64,000 bases of DNA from Candidatus Sulfomarinibacteraceae bacterium (GTDB lineage: Bacteria; Acidobacteriota; Thermoanaerobaculia; Thermoanaerobaculales; Sulfomarinibacteraceae), in NCBI GenBank assembly GCA_963796455.1, contig CAWCLO010000003.1, forward strand, positions 288,001 to 352,000, given 5' to 3'. The notes below the pieces were generated by a model. That model worked only from the letters and a program-made list of their open reading frames with translations. It was not told the DNA's origin and searched no databases. Both the position numbers and the translations under genes were made by a program. Each line of letters starts with the position of its first letter. Position 1 is the first letter of the stretch. Positions 12,201 through 20,400 of the stretch are shown one piece after another.

Positions 12201-12449
12201 CGGAGCCACCAAACTCCGCCGCATGGCGGTCCCGGCGACGACGGTCAATACAAATGCCGCCGGCAGCAACATGGCCTCGGCCAGCCGTCGGCGTGCACCA
12301 TGGCCGGCCCACCACCCGGTGGGGACAAAGACGAGGGCCACCGCAAGTGACGCCCAGACAGCCTCGTTTGAAGACACCACTTCAAGCCGCGCCAAAACCG
12401 CGGCAAGAAAAACAAACGCAGCCGACGAGGCGCAGGCTAGCAGGCGCAT
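9240..12449 (-). CDS. Large polytopic membrane protein with GT-C-fold glycosyltransferase-like C-terminal half
   Basis: 1069-aa hydrophobic ORF; GDEPYHL..SM..DRDLEL.NN and WYGGGSPPARYL motifs typical of GT-C-like membrane proteins; 1 nt from downstream gene. Confidence 0.65.
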   Translation of the reverse strand: MRLLACASSAAFVFLAAVLARLEVVSSNEAVWASLAVALVFVPTGWWAGHGARRRLAEAMLLPAAFVLTVVAGTAMRRSLVAPLLLLAGWVAISAAWDRTPAERRGLLAAFFGLAARAAVGLGLSGFGALPVALTLALAALGPWAVSRRYGLRAAELTAVTMASLPWQRWPLACGIALVFFFVLGIFGRGRALDRQVSRWLPGLGAAALLGASISAWAGARVGMIYPELLPLAPLVFLAVLVAAPRVGPMVAGILWFATTFVLGPVVETPPNRPAFSLTVDAPEKVLPAGEAWAYMIDVGLRGTGGPVDGAVAVVRIGGEEHPLAAGWETLRWADLGSAGERHEPGTEALVWRPERFGRNTLWRSAARHRLEVPVGERPVVVRHPDLSDEVVVRVETAGPGRPPPRRSWLLPQWIFAAALAVAAIQLLSSARKRSIAVLPWMILVLASMAARAWVEPLRVVGERAAVDLALLAVGLAWLAALRTWLDRGRFFTLAAFLLIPLALATPHLMPSWGDEPYHLIAAESMAADRDLELGNNIDLGKRPQDAVYDAGKPVVHSPFLALLLLPGYIVAGRAGALVLMALAGAWLVSLLARRARELSVGHSRVCILVLLMVMTYPVATFSTQIWPGLVGALAVAAILVLAARPRGGRIASLVIAVMATAVKTRLALVAFPVAAAAWIGKGRGVFVRGLVLLSLAAAAGLTAGWLTMGHPFGAHRRLYHLVPEDPGLVARVLGGLAFDPAGGLAFTGPLVLAALAGLVALWRRGGPGERALILGSGLTVAALLHSIEWYGGGSPPARYLIPMIPAFALSGGMILAGTYRFRRLAELLLPPSVIAWWVLVTRPHLSANPGDGGYWLADTLARRFGADARSLFPSFLLPNTATIVVPLVLLVLILAAVWLVYRKPFAGLVLRRAGIGLWLTAAAVLALTVGLRYDWVVEAEAPQVRRIGGASVPPAGTFSRFLHRGGRRLGDGDGISVPLHLRDNSSVAVEGWLEGAAQEGAALGIRWNEGDAVMIDVVGDSQDGRLPVPTPREAGHHRLWITLHGPIDGAGVIDRVIVSSAGEGRGED

Positions 12450-12558
12450 GGGGCGACTCGACCGGATTCAGAGGGACCGTGTGGCATCCTGCAAAGTATA
12501 GAGGGATCGGGTTGCTCCCGCCCAACCGGACACCGGATCCACCTACCACCGCGAGAGA

Positions 12559-12847
12559 ATTTCGGATTTCGAATTTCGAAATTGGGATTTCGGAATTCGG
12601 ATTTCGGACTATTGGCACGTCAGCCATTTGCGGAGGGTCGCGGGAGAAAAGGGGTTCGGTTCAGACCTTACAAGTCCTCAAATGGCAGAAAGGTGGAGGG
12701 GAAGGCGAAAGTGGGTTGCCATCCATTCACGTTCCGGATCGTCCTCACATCTATTGCGATAGCGATTTCTGAAGTGGCTTTCGCGGAAATCCGAAATCCG
12801 AAATCCGAAATCCGAAATCGACCTCCCTTTCTCCCTTTCTCCCTTTC
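12559..12847. repeat. Inverted pair of heptamer tandem repeats (ATTTCGG)n ... (CCGAAAT)n with CTCCCTTT octamers
   Basis: Direct reading of 12559-12608, 12787-12820 and 12823-12847. Confidence 0.85.
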
Positions 12848-12921
12848 AAAAACCGAGGTGGCCGCCACCATTTTTTGTCGCGGAGTACCGGCCGGGCCTC
12901 AGGTTGTGACAAGATGACGCC

Positions 12922-13947
12922 GTGGTTGAGGCTGAAAAATACGCGGTGGTGGTGATTTCCTACAATCACGCCGAGACCCTTCCCGCCTGTTTCGAGGCGG
13001 TTTCGCGGCTCGATCCACCACCGGAACAACTGGTGGTCGTCGACAACGCGTCGGCTGACGATTCGGCCGCGATCGTTACTGGCTTCGAAGCCCCGTTCCC
13101 GATCGCCCTGATCCGGGAAGACCGCAATACCGGGTTTGCGGCCGCCGCCAATCGTGGCATCCGCTCCACCCGCACTCCCTGGGTTCTGCTGCTCAACCCC
13201 GACTGCGCACCACGCGTCGATTTCGTATTGATGATGATGAAGGCGGCCGCCGCACAGACCGACTTCGAACGCATCGGGTCTGTAACACCCAAGTTGGTGC
13301 GGAGCGAGGGGCTCTCCCTCGAACCGACTTCCGTGATCGATGCGGCGGGGATGATCGTGACCCCTTCAGGCCGCCACCTCGATCGCGGCAGCGGAGAGGC
13401 GGACCAGGGAGCCTACGACCGCGAAGCATGGGTTTTTGGCGGAACCGGCGCCGCTGCCCTCTACCGGCGCCAGGCACTCGAAGACGTTGCCTATGAAGGA
13501 AACGAGTTTTTTGCCGAATCCTTCTTTGCATATCGCGAGGATGCGGAATTGGCATGGCGTCTGCAGACGAGAGGGTGGAGATGTCTCTACGCACCCGGCG
13601 CGGTTGCCGCCCATCGCCGCGGCTTTCGTCCGGAACAGGGCCGCGGAGGCCACGACGCCATCAACCAATGGTCGGTTCGCAACCGATTTCTGCTTCGCTG
13701 GCATTGCGCGGATCTCGGCTGGCACCTGCGGTGTCTGCCCTCGTGGCTGGTCCGGGACCTGCTCGTCATCGGTGCCTGTCTTTCCATCGAACGCGGCTCG
13801 CTACCCGGCCTTGCGCAGGCGTGGGCTCTGCGAAAGGATGCTGCCGGCCGCCGCCGTTGGGTGCTCAGCCGCCAAACAGAGTCATCAAAACGGATCGCCC
13901 GTTGGTTTCGTACACGGGGAAGGGTGGAGGAGGTTTCTACAGGGTGA
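12922..13947 (+). CDS. Glycosyltransferase family 2
   Basis: VVVDNASADDS, NTGFAAAANRG, LLLNPD, FAYREDAELAWR. Confidence 0.92.
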   Translation: MVEAEKYAVVVISYNHAETLPACFEAVSRLDPPPEQLVVVDNASADDSAAIVTGFEAPFPIALIREDRNTGFAAAANRGIRSTRTPWVLLLNPDCAPRVDFVLMMMKAAAAQTDFERIGSVTPKLVRSEGLSLEPTSVIDAAGMIVTPSGRHLDRGSGEADQGAYDREAWVFGGTGAAALYRRQALEDVAYEGNEFFAESFFAYREDAELAWRLQTRGWRCLYAPGAVAAHRRGFRPEQGRGGHDAINQWSVRNRFLLRWHCADLGWHLRCLPSWLVRDLLVIGACLSIERGSLPGLAQAWALRKDAAGRRRWVLSRQTESSKRIARWFRTRGRVEEVSTG

Positions 13948-15035
13948 AGATCGCGATCATCGGCACCCGGGGCATTCCAGCGAATTACGGCGGATTCGAG
14001 ACCTTTGCCGAGGAGCTGGGGGCGCGTCTGGCAGACCGTGGGCACGAGGTCACGGTCTACGGCCGGCGCGGATTCATCGACCCCAAATTGCGCCGCTACC
14101 GGGGCATGCGTCTGGTCGTGCTGCCCTCCTTCCGCAGTAAACATCTCGAAACCGTTTCGAACACATTCATCGCTTCGCTGCACGCGTCACGACAGGATTT
14201 CGATGTGGCGTTGATGTGCAATGCAGCCAATGCGCCCTTCGTTCGGATCCTGCAACTGGCCGGGATCCCTGTCGCGCTCAACGTCGACGGCCTCGAGCGA
14301 AAAAGGCGCAAATGGGGCATCGCCGGCCGCACCTACTACCGTCTCTGCGAGCGCCTCGCGGCCCGGTTCCCGAACGCTCTGGTGACTGACGCCGAAGTGA
14401 TCCGCCGTTACTACCGCCGCGCCTATGGGGTACCGTCGGAAATGATCGTCTACGGCGGCGACCTCGAGCCTCCCGAGTCCGAGGACACCCTGAAGGCTCT
14501 CGGGCTCGAACCAAATGAGTACCTGCTCTATGTCTCGAGATTCGAGCCCGAAAACAACCCTGATCGAGTCGTTGCGGCTTACAACACAGTCGAAGGCGTC
14601 CGCAAGCTGGCCATGGTCGGTGGCGCACCCTATGCCGACGCGCTCACCCGAAAGGTCCACGACATCGCGGATGAGCGGGTGCTCCTGCCCGGACCTGTCT
14701 ACGGCGAGGGATATCGCCAACTGCTCTTCAACTGCCGCCTCTACATCCACGCCACCGAGGTCGGCGGCACCCACCCGGCCCTTGTCGAGGCGATGGGTTC
14801 CGGGCGACCGGTGCTGTACTATGACACGCCGGAAAATCGTGAGGTCGCAGGCGATGCCGGTGTTCGTTTTCGCTTTGAAGGAGATCGGGAGCTCGCTTCG
14901 CTGCTCTCCGAAATCCTCGATGACGACGCCCGCCTCGAGGAGATGTCGAAGCGGTCCCGGCAACGTGCCGAGGAGCGCTACCGCTGGAGCGATGTGGCGG
15001 ACGCCTACGAACGGGTACTGGGGGATCTGTGCTGA
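13944..15035 (+). CDS. Glycosyltransferase family 4 (DUF1972-type N-terminus)
   Basis: KIAIIGTRGIPANYGGFETF, NVDGLE.KR.KW, SRFEPENN, VGGTHPALVEAM; GTG start overlapping the previous TGA. Confidence 0.92.
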   Translation: MKIAIIGTRGIPANYGGFETFAEELGARLADRGHEVTVYGRRGFIDPKLRRYRGMRLVVLPSFRSKHLETVSNTFIASLHASRQDFDVALMCNAANAPFVRILQLAGIPVALNVDGLERKRRKWGIAGRTYYRLCERLAARFPNALVTDAEVIRRYYRRAYGVPSEMIVYGGDLEPPESEDTLKALGLEPNEYLLYVSRFEPENNPDRVVAAYNTVEGVRKLAMVGGAPYADALTRKVHDIADERVLLPGPVYGEGYRQLLFNCRLYIHATEVGGTHPALVEAMGSGRPVLYYDTPENREVAGDAGVRFRFEGDRELASLLSEILDDDARLEEMSKRSRQRAEERYRWSDVADAYERVLGDLC

Positions 15036-16459
15036 AGGAGCGAGCCAAGGTCGTTGCCTATTGGGTGTGGACCACCGACCTGGTCCTCACCTCGCTGGCC
15101 TTCCTCCTCGCCTGGTGGTTGCGATCACACCTCGGCCACACCTTGGCGCCCTCGATCTTTCCGACCGAGCTCTATCCCCTCTCCCGCTATCTCGGTCTGC
15201 TGCCGCTCGTGCTGGCCATTTGGACCGTCCTGCTGGTGACACGGGAGACCTACACCTCGCGCCGCACCGTCGCATTGTCGTCGGAGCTCTGGCAGGTCGT
15301 CCAGGTCGTGGGTGCCGGCACCCTGACCCTTGCGGCTGCGGGATGGCTCCTCCGGCTGGATTTCGTATCGCGGCCGTTTTTGGCCCTTTTTGCCTCCTTG
15401 AACCTCATCTTCCTGGTGGCCGAGAAGCTGGTTTTGCGTCTGCTGGCCCGCCGGATCCGCAAACGCGGGTACAACTACCGATCGCTGCTGATCGTCGGGA
15501 TCAACCCGCGCTCCGAAGAAGTTGCTCAGATCGTCATGGCCCACCCCCATTGGGGTCTGAAGGTGATCGGTTTTGTCGCGCCTAACGGCGGCCACGAAGA
15601 TGACGTGTCAGGGCTACCGGTGCTCGGACGAGCCGACGATCTGCCACAGATATTGCAGGAAAAGGTCGTCGACGAGGTGATCTTCGTGCTGTCGCGGCGA
15701 CAGCTCGAGGAGTTCGAAGAGAGCTTTCTGGTCTGCTCCGAACTCGGTATCCGCGCCCGCGTCGCTCTCTATTTCCCGCACATGAAGGCGCGGGTTGTCC
15801 TGGAAGATCTGGAGGGGATTCCTCTCCTGACCTTCACCAATACACCCGGAGCACCGTTTCCTATGTTCGTCAAACGACTCATGGACATTGGGGCCTCCAC
15901 CGTGGGCATCGCACTGCTGGCTCCGGTGATCCCTCTGATCGCCGTCGCCATCAAGCTGAGTTCGCGCGGTCCGGTGATCTTCAAGCAGGAACGATGCGGA
16001 CTCAACGGCCGTCGATTCAACCTCCGCAAGTTTCGAACCATGTACGAAGGCTCGGATCAGAAGATGGACGAGGTCGCGCACCTCAACGAGGTGGAGGGGC
16101 CCGCGTTCAAAGCCCGCAATGACCCGCGGGTCACACCGGTCGGTAGAGTCCTCCGCAGGCTCTCTCTGGATGAAGTTCCACAGCTCTACAACGTCCTCAA
16201 GGGGGACATGTCATTGGTCGGCCCGCGCCCACCCTTGCCCGAAGAGGTGGCTCACTACGAACGCTGGCAGCGCCGACGCCTATCCATGAAGCCCGGTCTG
16301 ACGGGGCTCTGGCAGGTGTCCGGCAGATCCGATCTGGGTGATTTCAACAGCTGGATCGCCCTCGACCTCACCTACATCGACCAGTGGTCACTGTGGCGGG
16401 ACATCAAGATCCTGCTCAAGACGGTCCCCGCCGTTTTGTCGACTCGCGGCGCCTCCTGA
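15029..16459 (+). CDS. Sugar transferase (second priming glycosyltransferase)
   Basis: N-terminal TMs; KRLMD, KFRTM, DPRVTPVGR, SLDEVPQLYNVLKGDMSLVGPRP, PGLTGLWQVSGRS. Confidence 0.93.
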   Translation: MLKERAKVVAYWVWTTDLVLTSLAFLLAWWLRSHLGHTLAPSIFPTELYPLSRYLGLLPLVLAIWTVLLVTRETYTSRRTVALSSELWQVVQVVGAGTLTLAAAGWLLRLDFVSRPFLALFASLNLIFLVAEKLVLRLLARRIRKRGYNYRSLLIVGINPRSEEVAQIVMAHPHWGLKVIGFVAPNGGHEDDVSGLPVLGRADDLPQILQEKVVDEVIFVLSRRQLEEFEESFLVCSELGIRARVALYFPHMKARVVLEDLEGIPLLTFTNTPGAPFPMFVKRLMDIGASTVGIALLAPVIPLIAVAIKLSSRGPVIFKQERCGLNGRRFNLRKFRTMYEGSDQKMDEVAHLNEVEGPAFKARNDPRVTPVGRVLRRLSLDEVPQLYNVLKGDMSLVGPRPPLPEEVAHYERWQRRRLSMKPGLTGLWQVSGRSDLGDFNSWIALDLTYIDQWSLWRDIKILLKTVPAVLSTRGAS

Positions 16460-16503
16460 GCTTCCTTTCGCGGAGGCTGTGGTTGTCGGCTGGGGGCTGG
16501 ATT

Positions 16504-17307
16504 TCAGTCTTGCTCGAGTGCGTCGAGGGTCGGCGGGCTCAGAAACAGACGCGGCTCCCAAGGGCCATAAACGGTGGGGCTGATCTTCGTCACCCTGGTC
16601 GCGCCGCTCTCCCTGCCTTCGTAATTGATCCCGACCGCAAGAATCTGTGACGGGACTTTGGCGCCGTTGATCTCGTCGTATTTCAGATAGCGATACCGAA
16701 TGCCCACGGGTTGGACGTCGCGGAGATCAGCCGGTGGGATGAAGTCGACCCCGAGGATCGAATAGTCTTCCTTGTCCACCACCACCCGCCAGGTCGTGGT
16801 CAGCACCGGTGAGACAAAAAAGCCCTTGGCAAAGGGTGTCATAAGCGCCCAGGCCTCACGGCCGTCCCACTGGGTTTCCCGGACCTCTTTGACCCACACA
16901 CCATCCATCTTCAGGCTATAGGGCAGGAGCAGGGTGTAGAGCTGCTGGTTGATCGTCCCCTTGGCCATGTAGGAGGTCTGGGGGCGCTCGTCATATTTGC
17001 CCTTGTCGGTGGCCCACCCCTCGTCTCCGCGCCGCGCGATGACGATGTCCCCGGGCAACTCCATTCGAAGATTGCTCAGTTCGGCGGTGTCTACATAGGC
17101 CGAATACTGGCGATTGAAAGATGTCCCGTCATTTCTTATTTCTTCCGCGGTGACATCCAGTTTGAGGACACCGAGTGTCGCGAAGGCATCCCCGCCGACG
17201 GCGGCGATGACACGATCGATGATGACCGAAGCTTCAGGAGTTTCGGCGCTAGCCATCGGAACAGCGGCGATCGCAACGAGCAGACACAAGGTAACGACGC
17301 GAAACAT
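16504..17307 (-). CDS. Secreted hypothetical protein (possibly LolA-like fold)
   Basis: Signal peptide MFRVVTLCLLVAIAAVPMASA after GGGAGA SD; fold guess is inference. Confidence 0.7.
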   Translation of the reverse strand: MFRVVTLCLLVAIAAVPMASAETPEASVIIDRVIAAVGGDAFATLGVLKLDVTAEEIRNDGTSFNRQYSAYVDTAELSNLRMELPGDIVIARRGDEGWATDKGKYDERPQTSYMAKGTINQQLYTLLLPYSLKMDGVWVKEVRETQWDGREAWALMTPFAKGFFVSPVLTTTWRVVVDKEDYSILGVDFIPPADLRDVQPVGIRYRYLKYDEINGAKVPSQILAVGINYEGRESGATRVTKISPTVYGPWEPRLFLSPPTLDALEQD

Positions 17308-17401
17308 ATCTCTTTCTCCCTGGGTTGAATGCCATTTTGGCGGCATATTCGACCGCCGGGCATTATAAAGCAACTGCCGTGCCAACGGTTTCGATGAGTT
17401 C

Positions 17402-17430
17402 AAAAAAGGGGCGGCCGAGCCGCCCCTTTT
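17402..17430. terminator. Intrinsic terminator downstream of the large surface protein gene
   Basis: AAAAAAGGGGCGGC-CGA-GCCGCCCCTTTT. Confidence 0.85.
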
Positions 17431-17450
17431 CAATTATTTTACTTCGGAAA

Positions 17451-20400
17451 TCACGGAGCCAATCCGATGTACCTACGTTGCGCGGGCAGGTAGATCGAAT
17501 CCTGCGTACGGTTGTCGATCTCGGTTCCGAAGATCGCCACCGCTCCACCTTCGATCACCTCGACCTTGATGGTGCCCTCGATGGTCGTGAACTCGAGACC
17601 AAGGGCTTTGAAGATGTCCCACTGGTCGTAGACCCCAGGCCCGATCGTGAGCGTCCACGGCTCGGCGGCGGGGAAGCCACCAAGACCGAAGAGCGTGATC
17701 TTGACCGTTGTCCACAGGCTTTCGTCGGTGTTGACGAGACCGAGATTCGTGCGGAATCCGGTGTTTTTGTCTCCGTTGTTCGAAATCCCGGCGACAAAGC
17801 CTGTCTCTCCAGGTTTCAGGAGATCGTCTTCAGTGAAGGCGAACAGACCGAGTCCGCTGGTGCCGCCGCTCTGATTCTCGTTGTAGGTTCGAGCCGCAAC
17901 CTGCGGCACCGGCAGACCCGGCGCTCCCTCGAGCACCATGTAGCCCCGTTGCCCCTGCAGACCCAATACGGAACCCACCACATCGACGTAGCCCTGACTG
18001 AAGCCAGGAGCCAGGAGCGGCCACACAAAGCCATAGGCGTCACCCGAACTGCCGCTGACGACGAATTTGCCCTGGCCGCCGAGCCATTGTCCGGAATCCG
18101 CCTCATAGGGGTTGTAAAGCCAAACATCGGTGTGCCACTCAGAATCGCCGGCGCCTGCCAAATTTGCGACACCAACCAGCCACACGCGATCAACCTCGCT
18201 GAAGGAGGATCGGTGGAGGACCGAATCGCCGGTCATGTTGTCGATCACCGTCGCAAAGGCATCCAGATCACGTCCTCTGACGTCCGCTTTGACCGAGAAG
18301 AGATCGATGTCGCCATCGTATTTCAGCCAGGCCGCAATATCGTTGATCTGGAAGGTGCTGTGTCCCGGAACGGGTGCGCTCTCGACGGCGCCAACCGGGT
18401 TTCCGTGGTTGTCGTACATGAACAGCCCGACCCAGGCGTCCTCGTCTCCGTAGTTCACCAGCCGGAAATTCGTTCGGTAGTCCTCGTTTTTCACCAATCC
18501 GGCAAAGCCGATCAGGTCAAACTCGGATCTCTTGACCGGCAGCGCCGGAACATTCAATCCGAGGCTCCCATCCGGCGTGTCATTGAAGGTGCGCGAAACT
18601 GTCATCACCTTGCACCCGCTCGCACTTTCCGACTCGATCCGTGCCGAACCGGACAACTCATCACCCGCAAGACCTGGAATGACATCAACGATGTCTGTAA
18701 AGACCCGGGTCTCGTTGGCATTGAGATCGAACTCGCGCGACAGGAGCTGCACATCCGTGTTGTTGGTGCCACCGGGCTCGTAGGAGACCTTGACCGCGAG
18801 CGTTTCATCACACGGGTTGAAGAAGCGGAAATCGGTCTCCCACTGGGTGTTTTCGTCACCGGCCAGGCTGACAGCCGCCCCGACCACATAGTCCTCCACA
18901 GGAGCCTGCAGAACCTCGTAGGTCTGCGAGTAGTTCGCCCCGCCATAACAATTGGATGCCACGAGCGTGACCCGGTAGGTGCCCGGGTCCCTGAAAACAT
19001 AGCTGAAGTGCTGATCCGGGCTGGTCGCCACGACCTCATCGAGGCCACCTTCATCCAAGAGCAGGCTCACCGTCCAGAGCCATGCTGTAGGAGCCGTGTC
19101 CAGCACCGGTTCGACGCCGTTCTGACGCACGGTGTGGGTCTTGTTCTCGATCTTGACCAGACCGGTGCGCGAGTTCTCGGAGGTGTTCTCGACGACGTTG
19201 TAGGTGACGACTCCGCTGCCCGTCCCCGAAGCATTGGTGAGATTGATCCACGAGGAGGTGGTGGTCGCATCCCACGGACATTCGGCGGTAGTTGTCACGT
19301 TGACCGAGCCGACTCCACCGGTTGGATAGAAATTGACCGAAGTCGGCGAGATGGTCCACGAGCACCCGGTGCCGCCGCCTCCTCCACCACCAGTGTCACA
19401 GGAACCGGTGTTGGTGACATCGACCGTCGTCGGGCCGGCACTCACGCTGCCGCCGGCCGAAAGATCCACGTTCACGCTGACATTCTTTGCACCACCTGAG
19501 GCGAAAGCAAAGGTGATCGCATTGCAATCATTGAAGAGGCTTGGAGTGCATTGCGGGTTCTGTACGGCACCGTTGCAACCGGTTTCGCCGAAGTTCCAAT
19601 AGGCCCCGGAAACCTCGCCAGTCAGACCTTCAAGTCGGAATGTCACCGTTTCGCCGATCTCGGGATCCGGGGGTGTCCAACTGAAACCGAGGGCCTTGGC
19701 GTTCTTCGACGATTTTTCCGACGTTTCAGTGAAGCTCACCAACTCACCGGTGTAGATCTCGTCGTTCGAGACGACGAAGGAAGCATCGGGAGCACCATCG
19801 GCAAAACAGCACTCACCCTTGTTCTGAACCACCGGGTGTTTGGTCTGGGTGCGGTCGTCGGCCAGAACCATGGTCACCGATTTCTCGCCTGCGGTCTGGA
19901 AGGCCCATTCGATGGAATTACAGGCTCCCGGTGGGAGGAAGAGACAGTTGATCTGCGGGCTCGATCCTGCGCAGTTCTCCTCGCCGAAATTCCACGATTC
20001 AACCACCAGGATCGGATCTACGGTGAAGGTCACGACCTCGCCGCGTTCGGGGAATGGATTCGACATCGTGAAGTTGGCCGCGACGTATGGCGCCCCCTGA
20101 TCGACCCGAAAACTCCGACCGCCGGCGACGACAAAACCGGTTCGCGCAGGACCGAAATTCTGCTGTATGGCAAAGCGAACGGTGCCTGTTCCGGAGTCCG
20201 TACCGACCGGGTTGAGGATATTGATCCAGCTCGACGTTGAGGTCGCGCTCCACGAACAGCCATAACTCGTAAAGACGGTGAAAGCAAACTCGGCAGCAGC
20301 AGGGCCGGGGGCGATGCCTCCGTCACCACTGTGGGTGTAGGTGCAGGTGGTTCCTCCACCACCGCCGCCGCCACCGGTGGTGCAGCTGCCGCTGGATGCG

